Below, piece after piece: positions 22,018-30,707 of a stretch of 57,906 nt of DNA; the first letter of the stretch is position 1, and every line of letters begins with the position of its first letter. The stretch lies in NCBI GenBank assembly GCA_002288445.1, contig NEUQ01000001.1:1-57906 (forward strand), in the 5' to 3' direction. Source of the DNA: Verrucomicrobiia bacterium Tous-C2TDCM. Its GTDB lineage: Bacteria > Verrucomicrobiota > Verrucomicrobiia > Verrucomicrobiales > DEV007. The translations under genes and the position numbers were made by a program. A model generated the notes under the pieces. It did not search any database and was not told where the DNA came from. It saw only the letters and a list, made by a program, of their open reading frames with translations.

Positions 22018-22122
22018 ATGGGCTCCCTCAAGAAAAAGCGGAAGACCAAGATCAACAAGCACAAGCGACGCAAGCGCATGAAGGCTAACCGCCACAAGAA
22101 GCGTTTGCGTTACAAGAGCTGA
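22018..22122 (+). CDS. 34-aa basic protein, AURKAIP1/COX24 (bS22/mS38-like) small ribosomal protein family
   Basis: Hand translation gives [34 protein letters not shown]. It is below the ORF-track length cutoff. Confidence 0.85.
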   Translation: MGSLKKKRKTKINKHKRRKRMKANRHKKRLRYKS

Positions 22123-22140
22123 TCGTTGATCCTTGGCGCG

Positions 22141-23997
22141 ATGAAAGCAAAGCAGTCTGGTGGTCCGGCAAGTTTGGTTCACCGCTGCTTTGTCGCGTAC
22201 GGGTCCCGCGTGGCTTTTTGTGCGTTGCTTGCGTTGTCACCGGTGCTACACGCCGAGGTAGGGGAATCCCTCGAGGATTTCGCCCAAGTCTACGTCGGCC
22301 AATTCTTCGAACCGGGTGCTCATCTCACCCTCTCCGAGGAGTCAAAACGCAAGAGCACGGCGCTCGCCAACTACGCCCTCGGCCGCACCTTCGAGGCCCA
22401 GGGACGTACCGAGGAGGCGGTCGAAGCTTACTCCGAGGTGCTGCGCCACCAGCCCGATCAGTTTTTCCTCGCCCGCAAGACCGCCTACCTTCTCGCCCGC
22501 TCGGGAAGGCAGGAAGACGGCTTGAAGATGCTCGAACAAAGCCTCGCGAGGAATCCCGACGAGCCTTTCGCCCATATCTCGCTCTCCGAATTCCTCGCCG
22601 CCTATCAGGGAAACGACCCGGACGCTCTGCGGCGTGCCTTCGAGGTCATTGAAGAGGCGGTGGAGCAATTCCCCGAAGAGCCTGCCATCTACGAACACCT
22701 CGTGAAGCTTTTCCTTTCGACCGATCGCCGCGAAGAGGCGCGGCGTATCATCGCGGAGGCGGCGAAGCAGGAAAACCGGGATCCGGAATTCTGGCTTCGC
22801 CTCGGCCGCATCGCTGCGCGGGTCTGGCCGGTTGGAGAAGGCGGGCAGGTCTCCGACGCCGATCTCGTCAACGCGATCCACACCAAGGCGCTGGAGCATT
22901 CCGGAGGGGATCGCTCGGTAATCGAACGCGTCGGTGATTTCTACCATGCCACGGGACAGTTCGACCGTGCCGTCTCCGCCTACGTCGGGATCATTGAAAA
23001 CCAGCCCGAGCGGCTCGACCTCCGCGAAAAGCTTGCGCAGGTCTACGGTGCAAAGGGCGACGAGGAAAAGGTGGTGGAGACCTTGCAGGAAATTGTTGAA
23101 ATCGATCCCCAGAATGCCGAAGCCCACAAACAGATCGCGGGAATCTTGTTGCGTGCGAGCCGGTTCAAGGAGGCGATCCCGCACCTTCAGAGCGCCCTCT
23201 CCATCACCAAGGGCAGCGCTGCCGAATACGGGGCCCTCGCCCGCATGATGATCGAGTCGGAGGAGAACGAGGCCGCGGTGAAATTCCTCAAGGATACCGC
23301 CTATCTCTTCCCTGATTCGGCCGATTTCCCTTTCCTCCTGACCTTTCCACTCGCCCGCCTCGAGCGCTGGGACGAAGCCTTGAAGCAGTTTGAGATCACT
23401 CTCAAGCTCGCCGGTGACGAGCAGCCGCAGTTGTTGAACGAAAGCTTCTACTTTCGCTATGCCGCCGCGCACGAGCGCAACGGCGACCTTCCGAAGGCCG
23501 AGGAGCTTTTCCGCAAGACCATCGAGATGATCGCCAAAAACGATCCCGATGATGAGAACAAATCGTTCACCGCGACGGTCTACAACTATCTCGGTTACAT
23601 GTGGATCGAGAACGACATGAAAATCGACGAGGGCGGCGAACTCATCAAGACCGCCGCGGAGCTCGACCCCGAGAGCGGGGCCATCGCCGACAGTCTCGGC
23701 TGGTTTTACTTCAAGAAGGGCGATTTTGAGAAAGCGCGCGACGAACTGCTCCGTGCCGAGACGCTCATCGAGGAACAGGACGCGGTGATTTTCGACCACA
23801 TCGGCCAGGCTTTTTACCAGCTCGGCGATGCGGAAAAGGCGATCGAGTATCTCGAGAAAGCCGTTACCCTCGAGCCCGGTAAGGCGGAGTATTCCGAGCG
23901 CCTCGAGCGCATGCGGGACGGGACCGAGAAGAGGATGGACGCGGCGACGGCTGAGCCCGCGGCCCCCGAGCCTGCCGCGGTTGAGCCGAAAAATTAG
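22141..23997 (+). CDS. Exported tetratricopeptide-repeat protein
   Basis: Signal-like N-terminus, many TPR helices, and a C-terminal NYLGY...DSLGWFYFKKG...DHIG motif. Confidence 0.85.
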   Translation: MKAKQSGGPASLVHRCFVAYGSRVAFCALLALSPVLHAEVGESLEDFAQVYVGQFFEPGAHLTLSEESKRKSTALANYALGRTFEAQGRTEEAVEAYSEVLRHQPDQFFLARKTAYLLARSGRQEDGLKMLEQSLARNPDEPFAHISLSEFLAAYQGNDPDALRRAFEVIEEAVEQFPEEPAIYEHLVKLFLSTDRREEARRIIAEAAKQENRDPEFWLRLGRIAARVWPVGEGGQVSDADLVNAIHTKALEHSGGDRSVIERVGDFYHATGQFDRAVSAYVGIIENQPERLDLREKLAQVYGAKGDEEKVVETLQEIVEIDPQNAEAHKQIAGILLRASRFKEAIPHLQSALSITKGSAAEYGALARMMIESEENEAAVKFLKDTAYLFPDSADFPFLLTFPLARLERWDEALKQFEITLKLAGDEQPQLLNESFYFRYAAAHERNGDLPKAEELFRKTIEMIAKNDPDDENKSFTATVYNYLGYMWIENDMKIDEGGELIKTAAELDPESGAIADSLGWFYFKKGDFEKARDELLRAETLIEEQDAVIFDHIGQAFYQLGDAEKAIEYLEKAVTLEPGKAEYSERLERMRDGTEKRMDAATAEPAAPEPAAVEPKN

Positions 23998-24021
23998 AGA
24001 TGGCGCGGCGGTGCTGCTGCC

Positions 24022-25065
24022 TCAGGCGGGCAGTTGGTTGGTCCGCTTTTTCGCCAGCCCGTAGGCAAGGAAGCCGATCCCCACAAGGATCATGAAAAGG
24101 GAGTAGAACTGGCCCCTTGTCATGCCCGCGATGTGATCCGCATCGGGTTCACGGAAGTTTTCCACGGCGATGCGGCCGATCGCATAGTAGAGGAAAAAGA
24201 TTCCGGTGAGGATGCCGTGCCAGGCGTTTTTCCACTTCAACCGCACCGCCAGGAGCAGGAGGAAGGGGATCAGTCCCTCGACGGCCGCCTCGTAGAGCTG
24301 GGAGGGGTGGCGAGGGGTGAGGATTTCGCCGAGGAGGGTGCGGAAGGCCGGACTCTCCAGAGACGCCTGTTGGATCAGATCGACCACGGCGTGGTGGGGA
24401 TCCTGGCCTTCCGCCAAAGCGCTCGCGGCGGCGGCATCGACTTTTTCGGGGAGTCCGGCGGCCTTGTCCCCTGCGGTGGTAGCGAGCTCGCGGAGTTGGG
24501 CGGTGGGGTATTTCCATTCCCTACCGGTGGCGGTCTCGACCACCTCGGTGAGTTCGTCGGGAAATTTCATGGCCCAAGCCGATTCGGTGGGGCGCCCATA
24601 AAGTTCGCCATTCACGAAATTGGCTAGACGGCCGAAGAAGACTCCCAGAGGCGCGACGACGACGAGGTTGTCACCGTGCCCCGTCCACGAGGTCTTCGTG
24701 TATCGGGCATAGAACCAGGCTGTGATCGTGATCCCGGCGATGCCCCCGTGGCTCGACATTCCGCCTCCGAGCACGTCGAAGAAACTTGCCGGATTGGCGA
24801 CGAGCTCGCCGAAGTTGTAGAGCAGCATGTAGCCGAGACGGCCTCCCACCATCGTGCCGACGACGGCACAGAGGGTGATGAAGTCCCCGACCTGCGAATC
24901 TTTCAACTCGCTCGCGCCGATCCTGACAAACCAGCGAAAGAGGAAAAAGGCGCAGAGGAACCCGGCGACATAGGCGAGCCCATACCAGCGGATCCCGAAA
25001 GTCTCGGTAAAACGGATCGCGAAGGGATCGAGATGATGGACGTAGGTGGCGAGGAGGTCGTGCAT
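24022..25065 (-). CDS. lgt: Prolipoprotein diacylglyceryl transferase
   Basis: IRWYGLAY, GGRLGY, GGMSSHGG, GRLANFVNGELYGR, RHPSQLYE. Confidence 0.95.
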   Translation of the reverse strand: MHDLLATYVHHLDPFAIRFTETFGIRWYGLAYVAGFLCAFFLFRWFVRIGASELKDSQVGDFITLCAVVGTMVGGRLGYMLLYNFGELVANPASFFDVLGGGMSSHGGIAGITITAWFYARYTKTSWTGHGDNLVVVAPLGVFFGRLANFVNGELYGRPTESAWAMKFPDELTEVVETATGREWKYPTAQLRELATTAGDKAAGLPEKVDAAAASALAEGQDPHHAVVDLIQQASLESPAFRTLLGEILTPRHPSQLYEAAVEGLIPFLLLLAVRLKWKNAWHGILTGIFFLYYAIGRIAVENFREPDADHIAGMTRGQFYSLFMILVGIGFLAYGLAKKRTNQLPA

Positions 25066-25116
25066 CGCTGACGGAATACCAAAGCCGTCCGCTCCGTGAA
25101 AGCAAGCTCGCAAACG

Positions 25117-25611
25117 TCCGGAGCGAACCTCTTCGCCCGCGATCCCGCCGATGATCCCCGCGGCCATGGCCTCACGGATCTCGCCTATCAGTTCATCGCC
25201 GGGGTCCTGCGTCATGGCCCGGCCCTCTGCGCCGCCTTCGCCCCGACCGTGAACAGCTACAAGCGCCTCGTTCGGCGAGGCCTGATGGCCTATTACAGCT
25301 GGGCGCCTGTTTTCAATAGCTACGGGCGAAACAACCGCACCAATGCCCTCCGAGTGCCCGTGGTCGGAGGGCGGGTCGAGTCTCGCAACGCCGACGCGGC
25401 CTGCAATCCCTACCTCGCCGCCGCCGGTATCGAGGAGCTGCCAAGAACGCTCGATGAAGCGGTCAGGGCTTTCGCTGCGGATCCCCTAGTTATCAGGACA
25501 TTCGGTCAGGAGTTTCGCGACGAATTCATCGTCGGCGAGTCGGAGGAATGGCGGCAATACCACCAGACCATTTCGCAGTGGGAGATCGACCGGTATGCCC
25601 GGGTGTTTTGA
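25117..25611 (+). pseudogene. 3' fragment of a glutamine-synthetase-family ligase (GlnT/GmaS-like) with an internal deletion
   Basis: [29 protein letters not shown] and LPRTLDEA are present, but the N-terminal part is missing and NPYLAAA joins directly to GIEELP. Confidence 0.8.
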
Positions 25612-25703
25612 AGCGGTGCGATCGAATGTCCGCCCCCAACTTCCGACCCCCCAAATCCGGGGGGGTGGAAACAGGGCGGCTCCTGCGTTTTTTCGCTCTC
25701 CGA

Positions 25704-25722
25704 TCATCTTCCCGTCATCTTC
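25704..25722 (+). promoter_or_regulatory. Putative OmpR/PhoB-type direct-repeat operator
   Basis: TCATCTTC at 25704 and 25715 (11-bp period), upstream of the operon that encodes an OmpR-family regulator. Confidence 0.5.
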
Positions 25723-25790
25723 ATCTGGGAAACTTCCGGAAATCTGGGTCGGTTCACTCCGGCCTCGGATGAAACCTCCCCCCGTCTTTG

Positions 25791-26270
25791 ATGAAGAAGC
25801 AATTTGTTCTCGATCTCTCGGCCAACCTGTTGGGCAGCACTTTTACCTCGGTTCGCGCCGAGGGTGTTTCACTGAAGCAATGCCCGGAACCGGTCCGGGA
25901 AACGATCCACCATCATTGCCATCCGGGGCAGATCGATGGCGTCAACGCGGTGCGCGCGAAAGACCGCCTCCTCTACGTTGTCGAAATCGACCGCCCTGGC
26001 GCGGGTGAGCGTATGCTGCATGTTTCGGGCGATGGATCCCTTCTGCGGATCGTGGACCAGATCGGTCTGCGCGACCTGCCGCGACCGGTGAAGGCTGCCC
26101 TGCACCCCTTTCTCGGGGAGGGCAATCGCTTCGACGGTGCAGATCGTGTCATCTCCGAAAACCGGACCGAATACCACGTCGACTTCGATCTCATTGACGA
26201 AGTGGACCTGCATCTCGTCATTGGCGAAGGCGGTGAAATCCTCCGCCATCGCGAGGAGGCGGATTTTTGA
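25791..26270 (+). CDS. PepSY-like two-repeat protein, paralog 1
   Basis: xPxPVR/VK helix plus YxVE/DF strand repeated twice; similar to the next gene; weak signal peptide. Confidence 0.7.
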   Translation: MKKQFVLDLSANLLGSTFTSVRAEGVSLKQCPEPVRETIHHHCHPGQIDGVNAVRAKDRLLYVVEIDRPGAGERMLHVSGDGSLLRIVDQIGLRDLPRPVKAALHPFLGEGNRFDGADRVISENRTEYHVDFDLIDEVDLHLVIGEGGEILRHREEADF

Positions 26271-26395
26271 GGGGTCCCGCCGGCGGTTTCGCGTCCGCGC
26301 CACGTCGAAATCAGGCCTTCCCCTGGCCACGCACGCGAGGTAGTTTCCCGTTGTTTCGGAGCGGGGGTCAACCGGGCGCGTTCGGGGCAGGGAAC

Positions 26396-26884
26396 ATGAA
26401 GAGAAAGATTTCCAGCACGTGGCTTTGCGCCGTGGCAGCCTTGGTGACAGGCCTTGCCCCGGCCGTCTGGGCAGGTGAAGAATCGTCGAAGGAACTTCCC
26501 GATGCCGTTCGGTCAAGGGTGTCGGAAAATCTGGGCGGAGGCCATGTCGATGATATCAAGGTCATCCGTATCGACGAACGCAGGCTCTACCTCGTCGAGA
26601 TTGATTTGCCCGGACCGCGCGAACGAAAGCTACACATCACCGGTGAAGGGATCCTCCTCAAGATCGTCGACAAGCTCCGGCTCCCGGACCTCCCGCCGGC
26701 GACTCGTCCGGTGGTGGACCCGATCCTCGCGAACAAGGGCAGATTCGACGGGGCCGACAAAGTGACCACCAACGGCCGGGTCGAGTATCACGTCGAATTC
26801 GATCTCCCCGGCCGGGTCGAGCTCGTTCTCGTTCTCAGCGAGAGCGGGGAGGTGATCAGTCGGCGTGAGGAGGCGAATCTTTGA
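26396..26884 (+). CDS. Secreted PepSY-like two-repeat protein, paralog 2
   Basis: Signal peptide ending VWA; LPDAVR...LYLVEID and LPPATR...EYHVEFD repeats. Confidence 0.78.
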   Translation: MKRKISSTWLCAVAALVTGLAPAVWAGEESSKELPDAVRSRVSENLGGGHVDDIKVIRIDERRLYLVEIDLPGPRERKLHITGEGILLKIVDKLRLPDLPPATRPVVDPILANKGRFDGADKVTTNGRVEYHVEFDLPGRVELVLVLSESGEVISRREEANL

Positions 26885-26897
26885 ACTCAGCAACCGG

Positions 26898-27572
26898 ATG
26901 CGCCTCCTCCTCGTCGAAGACTCCCAGCGGCTCCGGGTCACCTTGGTGCGCGCGCTGGCCAGGCTGGGCTATGCCGTCGATGAGGCGCGCGGTGGCGATG
27001 AGGCCATGGCGAGCGTCGGAGTGCATCCCTACGATGTGATCATTCTGGATCTGATGCTTCCGGGAAAGAGCGGGCTCGAGCTGCTCGAGACATGGCGGCG
27101 GCGCGGCGATCTCACTCCGGTTATCATCCTTACGGCACTCGCCTCCGTGGCGGACCGGGTGAGGGGATTGGCCCTTGGAGCGGACGACTACCTCGTGAAA
27201 CCCTTTGCGATTGAGGAACTCGCGGCCCGTCTCGAGGCGGTCATTCGGCGCCACCGCGGGCAGGCCGACTCCCGTATCCGGGTGGCGGATCTCGAGATCG
27301 ATCTCGCTGCGCGCACCGTGAGGCGGCGCGGCACCGCACTGTCACTAACAGCCCGCGAGTTCTCCCTCCTCGAATGTCTTGCCCGGCATCCCGGGCGTGT
27401 CTTCAGCCGCGAGCAGATCGAAGCGCGCCTCTACGGCGAGGCCGACAGCCCCCTGAGCAACGCGGTCGATGCGGCGATCTACGCGCTGCGACGCAAATTG
27501 TCCCCCGGTGACGAGCCGGTCCTGATTCATACCCGGCGCGGTCTCGGCTACGTGTTACAGGAGAGCCCATGA
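26898..27572 (+). CDS. OmpR-family response regulator
   Basis: LLVED, ILDLMLP, GADDYLVKPF; winged helix LTAREF...IHTRRGLGY. Confidence 0.95.
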   Translation: MRLLLVEDSQRLRVTLVRALARLGYAVDEARGGDEAMASVGVHPYDVIILDLMLPGKSGLELLETWRRRGDLTPVIILTALASVADRVRGLALGADDYLVKPFAIEELAARLEAVIRRHRGQADSRIRVADLEIDLAARTVRRRGTALSLTAREFSLLECLARHPGRVFSREQIEARLYGEADSPLSNAVDAAIYALRRKLSPGDEPVLIHTRRGLGYVLQESP

Positions 27573-28942
27573 AGTCAATCCGTCGGCAAATGGCCCTGTC
27601 GATCGGTGCGGCGGCGGCGATCCTCCTCATCGGCGGCGGGGCCGGGCTCCATCTGACCCTCAGCAAGACCCTCACCGGTCAATTCGACAAGTCGCTCGTG
27701 ACCAAAGCCCAGGCGCTTTTGATCGCCTCGGAGATCGACGATGGCGAATTCGAGATCGACCTCGACATTCAGGCCTTTGCGGGATTCGGGTCTTCTTCCC
27801 CAGGGGACTACTTCGAGGTCTACAGCGAAGCAGGGCGAGCCCTGAGTCGGTCTCCCTCGCTAGGCGCCGCTGATCTTCCGTTGCCGGAAAATCTCACCAG
27901 CGAGGTGAGTGGTTTCGCCAACCTCGTTTTGCCGGACGGCGCTCCCGGTCGGGCCTACTGGGAAACCTTCACGCCTTCTGATGATCTCGAGGGCGAATTC
28001 CGGGGGACCCGCATTCTCGTGGCAAGCGACACCTCGCAATTGCGGAAGACCCTCCGAACCGTTGCCCTCGTGATTCTGTTATTTGGTGGCGGGGCGATCC
28101 TCGCCAGTCTCGCGGTGCTCTATCGCGTCATTGGCGTGGCCTTGAAGCCGGTAGGACGGCTCAGTGCCGACGTGCAGCGCATCGACGTCCATCGTCTTTC
28201 CACGGGCCTCGTCGTCGATGATTTTCCCGGTGAATTGCAGGGCGTGGCCGCGAAGCTCAACGAGCTCCTTGCCCGGCTCGAGGTCTCCTTCGCCCGCGAG
28301 CGGCGTTTCACCAGCGACGCCGCCCACGAGCTCCGCACCCCGCTTGCCGAGCTGCGCGCGATGACAGAACTCGGAGCCACCTGGCCTGATGAATTCACCG
28401 CCGAACACGGTCGCGAAATGCTCGAGGTCCTCGCCGAACTCGAATCGCTCCTCGAAACGCTTTCCCTTCTCGCCAAGGCCGACTCAGAGGTCTCTCCGCA
28501 TCTCGAGCCGGTCGATCTCGAATCCGGGGTGAGGGAGTCATTCGAGCGACTCGACGCCGATCTGAAGCGGAGATGTCTCACCGTGGATTCCGATATCTCG
28601 GCGGGTTCGGTTCTCACCGATCCCGTGCTTTGGAGGGCGATCGTGGCGAACCTCCTTGGCAATGCCGTCACCTATGCTCCCGAGGGAAGCATCTTGCGGG
28701 TCGAAGTCAGTCCCCTCGTCTTCGCTGTCGAGAACGAGGCTCCGGATCTCGATCCTGCCGATCTCGACCGGCTCTTCGAGCGCTTCTGGCGGAAGTCCTC
28801 CTCCCGCACCGAGAAAGGTCACTCCGGTCTCGGCCTCTCCGTCGTTCGCGCGGCGGTCACTTTCCTCGGAGGCGAATGCTCGGCGTCACTGGAGGGTTCC
28901 CGTCTCCGCGTGGAAGTGCGCTGGTCCGGAACATCGGTGTGA
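27569..28942 (+). CDS. Sensor histidine kinase
   Basis: Two TM segments, HAMP, H-box AAHELRTPL, N-box NLLGNA, GLGL; ATGA overlap with the regulator. Confidence 0.93.
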   Translation: MKSIRRQMALSIGAAAAILLIGGGAGLHLTLSKTLTGQFDKSLVTKAQALLIASEIDDGEFEIDLDIQAFAGFGSSSPGDYFEVYSEAGRALSRSPSLGAADLPLPENLTSEVSGFANLVLPDGAPGRAYWETFTPSDDLEGEFRGTRILVASDTSQLRKTLRTVALVILLFGGGAILASLAVLYRVIGVALKPVGRLSADVQRIDVHRLSTGLVVDDFPGELQGVAAKLNELLARLEVSFARERRFTSDAAHELRTPLAELRAMTELGATWPDEFTAEHGREMLEVLAELESLLETLSLLAKADSEVSPHLEPVDLESGVRESFERLDADLKRRCLTVDSDISAGSVLTDPVLWRAIVANLLGNAVTYAPEGSILRVEVSPLVFAVENEAPDLDPADLDRLFERFWRKSSSRTEKGHSGLGLSVVRAAVTFLGGECSASLEGSRLRVEVRWSGTSV

Positions 28943-28979
28943 CTGCGCGGGAGGCTCCTCCGTGGCTCCTCCGCTCGCT

Positions 28980-29321
28980 CCGCCAAGCCGGTCGCCGAGG
29001 GATTCGAGAACCTTCGCGAGATCGCGGGTCTCGGACGGATTCATCGCCTTGCCGAGATCCTCCTCGATGACCCGCTCGTAAACGGGTCAGGCTTCGCGCA
29101 GGGCCTCGCGTCCCGCTTCGTTGAGCAGGGCGTAAAACACGCGGCCGTCGTTCTCGCAGGCCTCCCAGCGGAGAAAGCCTTCCTTTTCGAGGCGGGCGAC
29201 GCGGCGCGAGATGCCGCTGTTGGATAAGAAGGTCGCCCCCGCAAGTTCGCTCATGCGCAGTCGTTGATCCGGCGCTTCCGCGAGGGTGATGAGCACATCG
29301 TAGGTGTCGAATACGGAGAGA
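28980..29321 (-). pseudogene. MarR-family regulator pseudogene (5' truncated, internal TGA); 3' end approximate
   Basis: YDVLITLAEAPDQRLRMSELA...SGISRRVARLEKEG...DGR. The frame continues past TGA (29087-29089) as REA*PVYERVIEEDLGKAMNPSETRDLAKVLESL. Homology stops at the repeat at 29322. Confidence 0.8.
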
Positions 29322-29362
29322 GGTGACAGGCAATTAGTCAGATGAGATGGTGACAGGCAATT
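29322..29362 (+). repeat. Left array: 2 direct copies of GGTGACAGGCAATT
   Basis: Identical 14-mers at 29322 and 29349 (27-bp period). Confidence 0.9.
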
Positions 29363-29381
29363 TCTCCGTGGGAAATTATTC

Positions 29382-29410
29382 TTGAAACTGTTCGCAAGAA
29401 CATATACAAT
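29382..29410 (+). promoter_or_regulatory. Sigma-70 promoter of the Y1 transposase gene, probably leaderless
   Basis: TTGAAA (29382-29387), 17 bp, TACAAT (29405-29410); the ATG starts 7 nt downstream. Confidence 0.8.
29389..29402. promoter_or_regulatory. LexA (SOS) box, Verrucomicrobia type
   Basis: Perfect TGTTC-GCAA-GAACA between the -35 and -10 elements. It matches the described Verrucomicrobia LexA motif TGTTC-N4-GAACA. Confidence 0.8.
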
Positions 29411-29416
29411 TCGGTT

Positions 29417-30448
29417 ATGCGCCTTCCTCGGATCAAATCTGACGGCATTGCCCACTACCATTGTCTCTCCCGCATCGCGGGGCAGGAACACGTTTTCGGC
29501 GACGTGGAGAAAGAGTTTTTCGTGAATTTATTGCAAAAGCTCAGGGCTTTCCATGGGGTTGAGATTCTGACCTACTGCGTCATGTCAAACCATTTCCATC
29601 TCCTCTTGGAAATGCCGGATGCGCTCACCACTGCGGACTTGGATCGTGAGGAGATCATCCGGCGTGTCGGCATTCTTTATGGGCGAGACGCGGTTGAGGC
29701 GCTGCGTGGAGAACTGAGCCGGGTCGACGCGACCCAGCGCCTTCAGCGGGAGGAGGAGATATTCGACCGTTATCGCAGTCAGATGGGAGATCTTTCTGTT
29801 TTCATGAAGCAGCTTAAGCAGCGCTTCAGCATTTGGTTTAATCGACGCATGAGGCGCAAGGGAACCCTATGGGAGGATCGATTCAAGAGCCTGCTGGTGG
29901 AGAGCGAAGACAAAGCGCTTCTGACGGTGGCTGCCTATATCGATCTGAATCCGCTGCGAGCCGGGATCGTCACGCGAATCGAAGATTACCGCTGGTGTGG
30001 CTACGCTTCGGCGGTCGCCGGAGACCAGGAGGCGCGCAAGGGTCTGGGCCGTATCTTTGACCGTGCCTATTGGGTCTCGGGAGAAGACCACGCCGCGAAC
30101 TGGAAAGATACCGGCGCTTCGTATCGTCTCCTACTCTACGGCGAAGGCGAAATCCGCGAGTTTGTCGAACCGGGTGGCAGGCCCAGTCGACCAGGTTTCA
30201 CCCGAGAGCAAGTTCAGGAAGAAATCGCGCGCGGAGGGAAACTCCCGCTTGGCCAAGTGCTGAGGATCAAGGTTCGTTATCTCAGCGACGGGGTGGCCTT
30301 GGGGAGCACGGTGTTCGTGGAGGAAGTCTTCGAGCGGAACCGAGCGCGATTTAGGTCGCGTCGAACTTCCGGAGCCCGGAGAATGGGGGGAGCGGATTGG
30401 GGCGACTTGCGGGTGATCCGGGCTCTTCGAGCTGATCCGTTCGCTTAA
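29417..30448 (+). mobile_element. Y1 HUH transposase (IS200/IS605 superfamily, REP-associated RAYT-like), 343 aa
   Basis: YHCLSR, YCVMSNHFHLL (HUH motif), GTLWEDRFKS and AYIDLNPLRAG (catalytic Tyr). It looks less GC-rich than its neighbours; no tnpB. Confidence 0.9.
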
Positions 30449-30631
30449 AAGCCCAAAAATCGGATGCGAGCTCCACGAGTGGAAATGGGGCCTGCGAGGA
30501 AACCTCGTGCCACCTGCGCACGAAAGTAGTCTTAACATTGGGCGTTCAGCCCTTAAAGGCGATCGAGTCGAAAAGTATGCACTGGCTGGTGCAGCTGGTT
30601 CGTGGGGATTCGAGATCAAGGTCCGTATTTC

Positions 30632-30663
30632 TGCGTTATCGTGCGTTTGCGTGCGTTATCGTG
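30632..30663. repeat. 10-bp tandem repeat, 3 copies
   Basis: TGCGTTATCG TGCGTTTGCG TGCGTTATCG TG. Confidence 0.7.
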
Positions 30664-30707
30664 GAAAATCAAGACCGGGAATCAAACTCCTCTGCCCTCT
30701 GCCCTTG

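Noticed and set aside
26443-26452. GGTGACAGGC match to the flanking motif
   Set aside because: Only 10 of 14 bp, single copy, inside an intact signal-peptide coding region; probably chance.
29087-29089. Recoded TGA (Trp or Sec) in marR
   Set aside because: TGA terminates many intact genes in this window and the gene is already 5'-truncated, so a nonsense mutation is simpler.
29417-30448. Canonical IS200/IS605 element with tnpB or omegaRNA
   Set aside because: The protein is much longer than IS200 TnpA, no RuvC ORF follows, and the flanks are repeat arrays rather than typical subterminal hairpins.
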